Shown here one piece after another: positions 42,291 through 52,200 of a DNA stretch of 64,000 nt. Source of the stretch: Vulcanimicrobiota bacterium (GTDB lineage: Bacteria; Vulcanimicrobiota; Vulcanimicrobiia; Vulcanimicrobiales; Vulcanimicrobiaceae). The position numbers and the translations under genes are program-made. How positions within the stretch are numbered: position 1 is the first letter of the stretch; each line of letters starts with the position of its first letter. The notes beneath the pieces are model-generated. The model was given only the letters and a program-made list of their open reading frames with translations, ran no database searches and had not been told where the DNA came from. Where the stretch lies: positions 416,001 through 480,000 of the forward strand of contig CAVZQC010000002.1 of assembly GCA_963777315.1 (NCBI GenBank), read 5' to 3'.

Positions 42291-43097
42291 CTACTTCGGA
42301 ATGACGACAACGCGATCGAGGGTCGAGAAATCGACGGCGGGTTTGACGACGGCGGTTTGATATAGGCTGGAGTCGCTGCGCTGAACTTGCACGATAGTGC
42401 CGATTACGGCGCCCGAGTGAAACGAGCGCGCTTCGCCCGTAACGACCCGGTCGCCCGCGCGCAGGGGCGCGTCCTGCGACACGTAGTCGAGCCGAACGCT
42501 GCTTTCGTTGCCTTTGGCCACTCCCCAGTAGCGGCCGCGCTGCACGACGGCCGGAATCGTGCTCGCGAAATCCGTAATCAGCGCGACGGTGCTGACCAAG
42601 GGACCCGCCTCCACGACGCGTCCGACGACGCCCGCAGCGGCCAATACGCCGTCGTCGCGGTCGACGCCGTTGCGCGTGCCTTTGTCAATCGTGACGCTTT
42701 GAATGCCGCCTTCGGGCGGAAACCCAATCACTCTGGCTTGGACGGCGCGCGGGTATTCCGCCACTGCCGGCGCGATCGCCACCTGGGCGCGATAGGCTGC
42801 GACCAGTTCACTCAGCCGCGCATTTTCCTGTTCCAACAGCCGGTTGCGGCGGGCGAGCTGCGCGTTGCTGTGCTCCAGTGCCGGTATGCCGGCGGCGGCC
42901 TGCCCGCCTGCCCGTACCGCATTTATTCCGGTCGAAACGACTTCTTCGAAGGCCAGGCTCATCGAGCCGATTGTTGCGGTGAACGGGCTGGCCATACCGG
43001 TCCGGGCAGCGCCTACTTGAACGAGCGCGACCAACGCCGTCACGATGATTATGCTTATCACCGCAAAAAGTTTGCGCTCGTCCCGATATGTGAAAAT
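42291..43097 (-). CDS. mreC: Rod shape-determining protein MreC (start ATT 43097 or GTG 43061)
   Basis: TM, coiled coil LEQENARL, TIDKG, GVVGRV, GDRVVT, VKPAVDF. Confidence 0.9.
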   Translation of the reverse strand: MFTYRDERKLFAVISIIIVTALVALVQVGAARTGMASPFTATIGSMSLAFEEVVSTGINAVRAGGQAAAGIPALEHSNAQLARRNRLLEQENARLSELVAAYRAQVAIAPAVAEYPRAVQARVIGFPPEGGIQSVTIDKGTRNGVDRDDGVLAAAGVVGRVVEAGPLVSTVALITDFASTIPAVVQRGRYWGVAKGNESSVRLDYVSQDAPLRAGDRVVTGEARSFHSGAVIGTIVQVQRSDSSLYQTAVVKPAVDFSTLDRVVVIPK

Positions 43098-43102
43098 GGC
43101 CT

Positions 43103-43708
43103 CTACCCCGATGGCTGCCTGCGCGTGCGGCCTTCATTCGTTATCGGCAGCGCGAATCCCAACCCCCGAAGCGTTCGTGCAAAGCGACCCAGCGGAAAGC
43201 CCATGACGGTGTAAAAATCGCCGTCGACGCGCTCGACCAACGTCGCCCCGAAGCCTTGAATGCCGTATGCCCCCGCCTTGTCCATCGGTTCGCCGCCGGC
43301 GGCGTACGCCTCGATTTCGTCGTCCCCGAGTGCGAAAAACGTCACGTTCGTGCTTTCACATTCTTCAATGCGTTCGTGCCTGTGCGGCAATGCGATCGCG
43401 AATGCCGTGTGCACCACATGCGATCGTCCCGACAGATCGCGCAGCATCCGCCGTGCATCGGCCGCATCGCGTGGTTTATTGTAGGCAACGCCGTCGCGAT
43501 CGACCACCGTGTCCGCCGCAACGACGGGCTCACGCACGCCCAGCCGCTGCGCCACTTCGGCGCACTTGTGCCGCGCGTGTACGATCGCCAGCTCGCGCGG
43601 AGAAAGTCCGGGATGATCCGGCTCAGCGTAGCGGCTGGGCTCGACTCGAACGTCCAAGTGCAGCGAGCGCAGCAGTTCCAAACGGCGCGGCGATGCCGAC
43701 GCGAGCAC
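43103..43708 (-). CDS. maf: Maf family nucleotide pyrophosphatase
   Basis: LASASPRR, AADTVV, KP, DKAGAYGIQ, VMGFP. Confidence 0.93.
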   Translation of the reverse strand: MLASASPRRLELLRSLHLDVRVEPSRYAEPDHPGLSPRELAIVHARHKCAEVAQRLGVREPVVAADTVVDRDGVAYNKPRDAADARRMLRDLSGRSHVVHTAFAIALPHRHERIEECESTNVTFFALGDDEIEAYAAGGEPMDKAGAYGIQGFGATLVERVDGDFYTVMGFPLGRFARTLRGLGFALPITNEGRTRRQPSG

Positions 43709-43712
43709 GATG

Positions 43713-44114
43713 CTATTGATAACGACGGCCGTCGACCTCGATGTAGCCGGATCTATGGCGGCCGCGCGGATCGCGATGCGTCCAATGAATGACGTCGTCG
43801 TCGCATTCGTATTGCCCGCGAAGACGCACCGAATCGCCCGTCTGCAAAGGGACGGGGCCCGTGATGTCGACGTTGTCTTCGACTAGGATCGTGCGCCCGC
43901 CGGTGCGCAGCAAAAACCCCTCGTGCATGCCGCTGCGTGAATCGCGCGTGCCCAGCACGCGCGCCACCACTCCGGTCGATTGCACTTCGACGTGCGAAGC
44001 GCCGTTCGCGCACGCCGACGCTGCTTGCGTAAGACTGCCGGGCTGCGGCACGGCACAGGCGCTGCACGCGGCCAACGCCAGTGCGGCAGCGACGTTACGA
44101 ATTCGCGAAGCCAT
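43713..44114 (-). CDS. DUF3465-like lipoprotein
   Basis: Lipobox LAAC; HEGF, GQYE, IHWTHRDP...GYIEVDG. Confidence 0.75.
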   Translation of the reverse strand: MASRIRNVAAALALAACSACAVPQPGSLTQAASACANGASHVEVQSTGVVARVLGTRDSRSGMHEGFLLRTGGRTILVEDNVDITGPVPLQTGDSVRLRGQYECDDDVIHWTHRDPRGRHRSGYIEVDGRRYQ

Positions 44115-44703
44115 AGAGCTGCTGCGCGACGACGTACTGCCAGACCGATTCGGGCACCAAATACCGTACGGATCGCCCTTGCGCGAGCAGCGTTCGCACC
44201 AGCGTCGCGCTCTCGGGCATCTCGGGCAGATTCAACGTTTTTACGCGCGAGCGCAACAGCGCAGGGACCGCTGCCAGCACGCGCGCGACGGCCTCGCTGC
44301 TGGTTCCCGCGCGCGGTGCGATCACGAACGCGTCGAGCGATTCGAGCACCTCCTCAAAGCGTACCCAGGCGTTGCTTGCCAGCGAATCGGCGCCGGTGAT
44401 GAACGTGAGTTCGGCGCCCGGGTATTTCACTGCAATCTTCGGCAGCAGATCGGCGGTGTACCCCGTGGCCTGCTCCTGCAGATCGGTATCGTCGAGAGTA
44501 AAATTCGCATTCGATGCGATCGCGCCGCGAATCATCGCGCAGCGATGTTCGGGAGAAGCTTCGGGTTTGATGCGATAGTGCACGCTGCTGGTGGGAACGA
44601 ACAGCACGCGATCGAGCCGCTCGATGATGCGCGCCGATTCGGCCACGAACAAGTGAATGTTGTGGATCGGATCGAACGTGCCGCCGAAGATTCCCAGCCT
44701 CAA
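44095..44703 (-). CDS. nadD: Nicotinate-nucleotide adenylyltransferase
   Basis: TTGA overlap with obg; GIFGGTFDPIH, FITGADS, SATLVR, YLVP. Confidence 0.92.
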   Translation of the reverse strand: MRLGIFGGTFDPIHNIHLFVAESARIIERLDRVLFVPTSSVHYRIKPEASPEHRCAMIRGAIASNANFTLDDTDLQEQATGYTADLLPKIAVKYPGAELTFITGADSLASNAWVRFEEVLESLDAFVIAPRAGTSSEAVARVLAAVPALLRSRVKTLNLPEMPESATLVRTLLAQGRSVRYLVPESVWQYVVAQQLYGFANS

Positions 44704-45962
44704 CTGTACGTGAACTCGTACGGGCCGATGCGCACCGTGTCGCCCTCGCCGGCGCCCATGGCGCGCAACTTCTTGTCGACTCCCATCTTGGCCAGAATCT
44801 GCTCGAAGCGCGCAAGTCCCTCGTCGGAGTCGAAATTCGTCATTGCGGCTAGGCGCTCGACCCGCTCCCCGCTGATGACGAATATGCGATCGTGTTGGGA
44901 GATGGTGAACGGCTCGCTGGGACGCAGCACGATGTGCGCGGGCTGCGGCGCAGCGATTTGCGGCATCGGAGCTGCGGCTATGGCGCGCGATACGGCGTAT
45001 ACCAGTTCGCGCAGGCCGCGGCCGGTCGCCGAACTGATCCCCAGCACCTGCGGAAACTCTTTGCCAAGCGCGTCCAGCCGCTCTTGCGCATCGGTAAGAT
45101 CGAGCTTTGAAAGAACCAACAGCGTCGGTTTGAGCGGCAGCTGCGCGTTCCATGCCGCCAGTTCGCGCTCGATCGTCGCCTTGTCGACACGGATTTCTTC
45201 GAGGGACTTCGAGCCGTCGAGCAGATGAACGAGCACGCGAGTTCGCTCGACGTGGCGCAAGAACTGATCGCCCAAACCTGCGCCCGAGTGCGCGCCTTCG
45301 ATCAGACCCGGAACGTCCACCATCACGAACGATTCTTCGTCCGAAACGCGTACCACGCCGAGTTGCGGCTCCAATGTCGTGAAGGGGTAATCCGCTATTT
45401 TCGGCCGCGCGGCCGAAACCGCCGCCAGCAGCGTGGACTTGCCGGCGTTCGGCAATCCGACGATGCCGCAGTCGGCCAGCAGACGCAATTCCAGCCGCAG
45501 CGAACAGTGCTCGCCCGGCTCGCCCTTTTCCGCAAAGCGGGGCGCCTGACGCGTGCTGGTGGCGAAGTGCTGGTTGCCCAGGCCACCGCGTCCGCCCCGC
45601 GCGGCCAAAACGCGGTCGCCGTTCCCGGCAAGATCGCTCAAGAACCCTTCGGACTGCCCTTCGACGGTCCGGAAAACGAGCGTTCCCACCGGAACCGCGA
45701 TCGTTAAATCCCCACCCGCGCGTCCGGTTTTGTTGGAGGTGCCGCCCGGCTTGCCGGAATCGGCCGCGAACCGGCGTTTGAAGCGGAACTCGACTAGGGT
45801 CGAAAGTTCGGAGTCTGCCTGGAGATAGACGCTGCCGCCATGGCCGCCGTCACCGCCCGCCGGGCCGCCCTTGGGGACATACTTTTCGCGCCGCCACGCC
45901 ACCGCGCCGTCGCCTCCGCTGCCCGCGGAGACCGAAATGAGCGCTTCGTCTATGAACTGCAG
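44700..45962 (-). CDS. obgE: GTPase Obg (apparent CTG start)
   Basis: QFIDEA..GGDG, RREKYVP.GGP.GGDGG, GLPNAGKST, KIADYPFTT, DVPGLIEGA, C-terminal OCT domain. Confidence 0.95.
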   Translation of the reverse strand: MQFIDEALISVSAGSGGDGAVAWRREKYVPKGGPAGGDGGHGGSVYLQADSELSTLVEFRFKRRFAADSGKPGGTSNKTGRAGGDLTIAVPVGTLVFRTVEGQSEGFLSDLAGNGDRVLAARGGRGGLGNQHFATSTRQAPRFAEKGEPGEHCSLRLELRLLADCGIVGLPNAGKSTLLAAVSAARPKIADYPFTTLEPQLGVVRVSDEESFVMVDVPGLIEGAHSGAGLGDQFLRHVERTRVLVHLLDGSKSLEEIRVDKATIERELAAWNAQLPLKPTLLVLSKLDLTDAQERLDALGKEFPQVLGISSATGRGLRELVYAVSRAIAAAPMPQIAAPQPAHIVLRPSEPFTISQHDRIFVISGERVERLAAMTNFDSDEGLARFEQILAKMGVDKKLRAMGAGEGDTVRIGPYEFTYS

Positions 45963-45979
45963 GGGCGCGCGCGCTCCTC

Positions 45980-46007
45980 AAAACAGAAAGAGGACCCCGA
46001 GGTCCTC
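45980..46007 (-). terminator. Intrinsic terminator between rpmA and obgE
   Basis: GAGGACC-TCGG-GGTCCTC followed by TTTCTGTTTT on the minus strand. Confidence 0.7.
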
Positions 46008-46029
46008 CATAGCGCTGTCCCCGAGAGCG

Positions 46030-46308
46030 TCAGGCGGCCGGGCGTACGTGCACGTGCTTGCGGTTGCGGTGCGTGGCGAATTCGACGATGCCGTCGCTGA
46101 GCGCGAAGAGCGTGTGGTCGGTGCCGATGCCGACGTTCCGGCCGGGGTAGAACTGCGTTCCCCGCTGGCGGATGATGATATTGCCGGCGATGACCTGCTG
46201 GCCGCCGAACTTCTTGACCCCCAGCCGCTGGGCGTTCGAGTCGCGGCCGTTGCGGGATGAACCGGCGCCCTTTTTGGACGCGAAAAGCTGAAGATCGAAC
46301 AGGAACAT
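46030..46308 (-). CDS. rpmA: 50S ribosomal protein L27 with N-terminal extension
   Basis: [39 protein letters not shown]. Confidence 0.97.
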   Translation of the reverse strand: MFLFDLQLFASKKGAGSSRNGRDSNAQRLGVKKFGGQQVIAGNIIIRQRGTQFYPGRNVGIGTDHTLFALSDGIVEFATHRNRKHVHVRPAA

Positions 46309-46317
46309 AGCGGCGCT

Positions 46318-46347
46318 ACTATAGCAGAGCGCTGCCGCAGGCGTCAA
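46318..46347 (-). promoter_or_regulatory. Sigma70-type promoter of rpmA
   Basis: TTGACG-N18-TATAGT with extended TG; 9 nt from ATG. Confidence 0.7.
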
Positions 46348-46359
46348 ATTTCCGAATCA

Positions 46360-47130
46360 CTACCGAAGGACCACCCGTTCCTTACGCATCGCCGCCAGTA
46401 CGGCGGAGGCAAAATCGCCGATCCTCCACTGCCCGCGCACTCGAAGGCGGGTCATCTCCAGGCGGTTCTCGGGCGGCAGCACGTACGCGCTGTCCGTGGT
46501 TACGCCCAGCGCGACGTCGGCGCGATTCACCAACGTCAACGTCTCACGCGTAAAGCGCCCGGACGGGTACGCATAGGAATCGACCGGCGCGTGAAGATCC
46601 GCCCGTAGCCTTTCCACGGAGTCCTCGATTTCAAAACGCTGCTGCGCCGGCGTCATCTGCGAAAGGTCGTCGTGATACACGCCGTGCGCCGCTACGTCCA
46701 GATGCTGTGCGAGCATGGCCCGCAGCTGCGCCCACGTCAGATGATGCGGCCGGCCCAGCTCGCCCGTGACGACGTAGAAGGTAGCGCTGTCGCCGTACTG
46801 CCGCAGCAGCGGAACGGCATACCGGAACTGGTCCGCGTAGCCGTCGTCAAACGTCAGAACGACCGCTCGATCCAGCGGTTCACGCCGCTCGAGCCGCCGG
46901 TCGAGATCCGCCATGCTGATGACGGCGATTCCGCGGCGCTTGAAGTAGTCCAGCTGCGCGCGCAGCTGGTGCGGATTGACGGTCAGTTCGCGCGCCAAAG
47001 CGCCGGCGGGGCGATCGACGTCGATGCGGTGGTACATCAGGATCGGCGGAGGCACGAACGTGGCGGGCAGCGCGGCTGCGGGCCCCGGCAAGGCTGCAAG
47101 CAGGATCGGCAAAAGGACGGCAAGCGCCAT
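46360..47130 (-). CDS. Secreted polysaccharide deacetylase (CE4)
   Basis: PILMYHRI, LTFDDGY, AHGVYH, AYPSG. Confidence 0.9.
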   Translation of the reverse strand: MALAVLLPILLAALPGPAAALPATFVPPPILMYHRIDVDRPAGALARELTVNPHQLRAQLDYFKRRGIAVISMADLDRRLERREPLDRAVVLTFDDGYADQFRYAVPLLRQYGDSATFYVVTGELGRPHHLTWAQLRAMLAQHLDVAAHGVYHDDLSQMTPAQQRFEIEDSVERLRADLHAPVDSYAYPSGRFTRETLTLVNRADVALGVTTDSAYVLPPENRLEMTRLRVRGQWRIGDFASAVLAAMRKERVVLR

Positions 47131-47184
47131 GGCGTTCTTTTCGCAAGAGGGTCCGGGTTGGACCCGCCGTAACACAGGGACGTT

Positions 47185-48453
47185 TTGGATGCTTCGACGT
47201 ACTGGGGCCCCGCCAAACGCCGGGTGGTCGTAACGGGCCTGGGTGCGGTGACGCCGCTGGGCAATACCAAGGACGAATTCTGGCGCAGGCTCGTGTCCGG
47301 CGAGAGCGGCGTGGGGCCGATTACCGTCTTCGACACCACCGACTTCTCGACGCGGTTTGCCGCAGAGGTCAAGGGATTCGACCCCGAAGCGCTCGTGGGC
47401 AAACGCGAGTCCAAGCGCATGGATCGGTTCTCCCAATTCGCGGTCGTCGCAGCAAAAGAAGCGATCGACAATTCCGGTTTGAATCTGGCGCAGCCCGGCT
47501 TACTCGAGAGCAGCGGGGCGATCATCGCCACCGGCATCGGCGGTATTCTCACGTTCTGGCAGAGCTCGGAAAAAGCCAAAAAGGACGGGACCTGGTCCAA
47601 GGTCACGCCGTTCTTCATTCCTATGCTGATGGCCAATGCTGCGTCGGCGCAAATATCGATGGCGTACGGTTTGCGCGGTCCGGTGTTTGCCGTATCCAGC
47701 GCGTGCGCGAGCGGCAACGACGCGATCTGTACCGCGTACAACTACATCGCGGCCGGTCTGACGCCGATGATGGTGGCCGGCGGAAGCGAGGCCACGATTT
47801 CGCCGCTGGCGGTCGGCGGCTTTTGCTCGATGAAAGCGATGTCGACACGAAATGACGACGTGCAGCACGCGAGCCGTCCGTTCGACAAAGAACGCGATGG
47901 TTTCGTGCTGGGCGAAGGCGCGGGAATCGTCGTGCTCGAGGACTACGAGCATGCCGATGCGCGAGGCGCGCGGATCTACTGCGAGCTCTACGGCTACGGC
48001 CAATCCGCAGACGCGTATAATTTAGTGGCGCCCGATCCGGACAGCAGGGGCGTGGAGCTGGCCTTGGGGCGCGCTCTGACGCACGCTCGCGTAAGCGCAT
48101 CGGACGTGGATTACATCAACGCGCACGGCACGTCGACTCCGCAAGGCGACGTAGCCGAATCGCAGGCGATACAGCGCGTCTTCGGGGCCGAAACGAAAGT
48201 CGCGGTGAGTTCCACCAAATCGATGCACGGCCACGCTTTGGGAGCGGCGGGCGGCATCGAGGGAGTTGCGACCGTGCTGGCCGTTCACCAGGACGTAATG
48301 CCGCCCACCATCAATTACGAAGTTCCCGATCCCGAATGCCAGCTCGACTACGTGCCGAACATTGCGCGAAAAGCTCCGGTGAACGTTGCGCTCTCCAACT
48401 CGTTCGGATTCGGCGGCCACAATAGCGTCCTGGTCTTCGGCAGACTTCGCTGA
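47185..48453 (+). CDS. fabF: 3-oxoacyl-ACP synthase II
   Basis: VVVTGLG, SACASG, GEGAG, NAHGTST, SSTKSMHGH, NSFGFGG. Confidence 0.95.
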   Translation: MDASTYWGPAKRRVVVTGLGAVTPLGNTKDEFWRRLVSGESGVGPITVFDTTDFSTRFAAEVKGFDPEALVGKRESKRMDRFSQFAVVAAKEAIDNSGLNLAQPGLLESSGAIIATGIGGILTFWQSSEKAKKDGTWSKVTPFFIPMLMANAASAQISMAYGLRGPVFAVSSACASGNDAICTAYNYIAAGLTPMMVAGGSEATISPLAVGGFCSMKAMSTRNDDVQHASRPFDKERDGFVLGEGAGIVVLEDYEHADARGARIYCELYGYGQSADAYNLVAPDPDSRGVELALGRALTHARVSASDVDYINAHGTSTPQGDVAESQAIQRVFGAETKVAVSSTKSMHGHALGAAGGIEGVATVLAVHQDVMPPTINYEVPDPECQLDYVPNIARKAPVNVALSNSFGFGGHNSVLVFGRLR

Positions 48454-48457
48454 GAGC

Positions 48458-49159
48458 ATGGCCGGCGAACAGCGGCGGCGCCGGTTGCGCGTCTTGCTCG
48501 ACCTTGCGGATGCCGCCGGTATGCAGACCGACCGGATCGAAGCGGCATTCGTGCACGAAAGCGCCGCCAAAGAGCAGCATATCGCCTCGAACGGACGTCT
48601 GGAATTTTTGGGCGACGCGGTATTGGGCCTGGTCGTGGCGAGGTGGCTGTACCAAACATATCCGCATGAGAAAGAAGGCACGCTGGCCAAACGCAAGGCC
48701 GCGATCGTTAGCGACTCGGCCATCGCGAGCAGCGCGCGACGACTGGGCTTCGGCGACCTGGTGCAGCTGGGCATCGGAGAGCGCTCGCACGGAGGAGCCG
48801 AGCGCACGTCCACGCTCGCGGACGCGTTCGAGGCCTTCATTGCGGTGCTGTTCCTCGAGCACGGTTTCGAAACCGCGCAGCGTTTCCTCGAGCGCGAGCA
48901 TGTGGCCAACGTCGATCACGAGCATGCCGCGCTCGCCGATCCCAAAACGCAGCTGCAAGAATTCACGCAGGCCCATTTGGCCTGCACGCCGGTGTACCGC
49001 GAGCACGCGCAGGGACCCGCGCATTTGCGAACGTTCACTTCGACGGTAGCGGTCGGCGGCGAAACGCTCGGAAGCGGCAGCGGGCCGTCGAAGAAAGCGG
49101 CTCAGCAGAACGCCGCCGCACAGGCTTTGCGCAGCCTGCAGGATCGTTCATCGCCGTGA
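48458..49159 (+). CDS. rnc: Ribonuclease III
   Basis: RLEFLGDAVL, ADAFEA, dsRBD DPKTQLQE...SKKAAQQ. Confidence 0.95.
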   Translation: MAGEQRRRRLRVLLDLADAAGMQTDRIEAAFVHESAAKEQHIASNGRLEFLGDAVLGLVVARWLYQTYPHEKEGTLAKRKAAIVSDSAIASSARRLGFGDLVQLGIGERSHGGAERTSTLADAFEAFIAVLFLEHGFETAQRFLEREHVANVDHEHAALADPKTQLQEFTQAHLACTPVYREHAQGPAHLRTFTSTVAVGGETLGSGSGPSKKAAQQNAAAQALRSLQDRSSP

Positions 49160-49216
49160 ACCTGCCGGACTCACTAGGAGCGCGCCGCACCGGCGCCGCA
49201 CCATTTGGAACGGCTC

Positions 49217-52200
49217 ATGCACCTTAAACGCATCAAGACGTTCGGCTTTAAGACGTTCGCCGACCCCACGACGCTGGAGTTCGGCGAGGGCATCACCGCG
49301 ATCGTCGGACCGAACGGTTCGGGCAAGTCGAATCTCATCGACGCGTTCCGCTGGGTGCTCGGAGAGCAGAGCAGCAAGAGCTTGCGATCCGGTAAAATGG
49401 AAGACGTCATCTTCGCCGGCAACGAGAAACGCAAACCACTGGGCCTGTCCGAAGTGTCGATTACGTTCGACAACGCGGACCGTACGCTGCCGACGGATTT
49501 CAGCGAAGTCGAGATAACGCGCCGCGCCTATCGCGCGGGAGAAATAGAATATTACATCAACCGCGGCCAGTGCCGGCTGCGGGATATCCTGGACTTGCTC
49601 GTGGGCACCGGTCTGGGTCCGGGATCGTATTCGATCGTTTCCCAAGGGCAGATCGATGCGATCCTTGCCAGCAAGCCGGTGGACCGGCGCGCGCTTTTCG
49701 AAGAAACGGCGGGCATCAATAGATTCTTAGCGCGCAAGAACGAATCGATGCGCCGGCTCGAGCAGACCGAGCAAAATGCGATCCGGATAAACGATCTGAT
49801 CGCCGAACTGGACCGGCGCATCCCCGAGCTCGACACGCAGGTGCGCCGCGCAAAACGCTACCGCAAGTTGGCCGCGCGCGTGCGCGACCTGGAAATACTT
49901 TCGTACGTTCGCGCGGGCGCGTCCCGGCGCCGGGAGCGCGAAACGCTGCTCGCGCAGCTGGATCGCAACGAGGAAGCGCGCAGCGCTGCTGCGGCCAAAG
50001 CGGCCTCGCTGTCCGCGCGCCTAGCGGATACGCGCACTTGCGCGTACCGGCAGGAGCTCGCAGCCGAAGAGCTGCGCACGCAAAGCCAGGCCGTCCGCAG
50101 CGAACTTTCGGCCAAGGAAGCCGACTATGCGGGGGCGCTGGCTCGCCGCGAAGCGCTCGAAGCGCAGAACACCCAAACCTCGCAGGATGCGCAGCGCGTC
50201 GCGCGCGAGCGTGAGGAACTGCAGCGGACGATCGCCGAATTGGAAGCACGCATCGAGCCGTTGCAAAGCCGGCTCGCGCAGGCCCGCGAAAGCGAGCTGC
50301 AAGCCCAAGCGGCATTGGCGGATGCCCGCGGGCGGCTGGAAAGCATCTTCACGCAACTGCGCGAGGTCGAGTCTGCAGCTTCGGCGGTTGCGGCGCGAAA
50401 AGCCGAGCGTCGCGTGCAGAGCGAAAACGCGCGCGCTGAAGCCGAGCGGCTCGAAAGCGAAACTCACGCGGCAATCGCGCGGGCCGAGCAGCTGCAGATC
50501 GATGCCGGAGCTGCCGCGCAGCGGTTCGCGCAGCGGGAAGCGGAGCTCGCGCGCCTAGAAGACCAATCGCTGCGCACGCGAGCGCAGATGGAGGAGCGTG
50601 ACCGCGAACTCGCGCGCGCGCAATCCGAACTTGCCCGGGCGACGAACGAACATCGCGAGCATTTCAGCCAAGTCGCCGCGGCTCAATCGCGGCTGCACAC
50701 GATCGAGGAGCTCGAAAACGCGCTCGAAGGTCACGTGCCCGGCACGCGCGCGATCGTGGAAGCGTGGCAGCGCGCAGAACTGCACGGCATAGAAGGCATC
50801 GTTTCAAACCTGATCGCCACGGACGAGCAGTACGCCCGCGCGATGGACGTGGCGTTCGGCGCTCGCCTGTCCAACATCGTCACGCTCACCTCCGAGGATG
50901 CCGAGCGCGCCGTCAACTATTTGACGAACAAAGAGCTCGGACGCGCGACCTTTTTGCCGCTGGACACGCTGCGCGACCGAGCCGGCAAAGAACTCTCCCC
51001 CGAATTGCGCGGCGTGCCCGGAGTGATAGGCTACGCTCACACGCTGGTTCGCACGCAGGCGCAGTACGAGTCGATCGTGCGCTTCTTGGTCGGCGCCGTT
51101 TTGATCGTCGACACGCTTGCCACCGGCATCGTTCTTGCGCGCAGCCGCGGCCTGCGCGACACGATCGTCACGCTTTCCGGCGAGCAAATCACCGGCGGCG
51201 GGGCGATCACCGGCGGACGCCATCAACGCGAGCGATCGATCCTGTCGCGACGCGCGCAGGCCCGCACGCTGCGCGAACGACTCGAGGACATGCGCGAGCA
51301 GCTCAAACGGTTCGAAGCTGCGGTCGATGCGGCGACGGCGGCGGCGCAGCAAGCAGCTCGCGCGAAAGAGGACGCGGTGCAGTCTTTGGGCGCAGCCGAA
51401 ATCACGCTGACCGAGGTCCGCGCCGAGATGCTGGCCGTGAACGTCGAGGCCGAACGCATGCAAGAGGAGCTGCAAACGGTTCGCGCGAGCGGTGCAGACC
51501 TGCGCGAACGCGCCCGGCAGGCGCGTCGCCGAGAGCAAGACCTGCAGGGTGCGGCCCCAGAGGAAATGCAAAGCGACGACGACCGCGAGCGGCTCGAACG
51601 CGAATTGGTTCAGGCACGCGACGCAATTGCGCATGCCGAGCGTTTGCAAACGCAGGCTGCGGCCAGCGCGGGCGATCTGCGTGAACGCAGCGCCGCATTG
51701 ACGGCCGAGCGCGACGGCGCGCTCGCGCGTTTAGGGATCATCGATCAAGACACCGAGCGCGCCGGTGCTGCGCGCGAACGCATGGCAGCGGAGATCGCCG
51801 GTTTGGCGGAGCGGACGCGTGATGCCCAGCGCGAGCTGGAAGCGCTGCGCGAGCGGCTCCAAGGCGCGGACGCGGCTTTCGCAGCTGCGCGCCGCGAGCG
51901 TGAGGCGCTCACCGACGAGACCACGCAATTGGAATCGCTCGCGCGGTCCGCGGAGCTCGAAGAGCGCGAAGCGCAAGCCGGGGGAGAGCGTCACCGCACA
52001 CGGCTAGCCGAGATTGAAGCGGAACTGGGCATGCTCGTTGCGCAATTCGCGCAAAATCCCGCGACCGATCCGGAATGCCGCGAAGTCGAAGAACGCTACC
52101 GCGATCAGCCTCAAGAAGTCACCGGCGATCTGCCTCGTTTGCGCGAGGATCTGGGTCGCCTCTCCAACGTGAACCTCAATGCCGAGGCCGATCGCGAAGA

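Noticed and set aside
48586..48620. RNase III signature NGRLEFLGD instead of NERLEFLGD
   Set aside because: Catalytic E/D residues retained; minor variant
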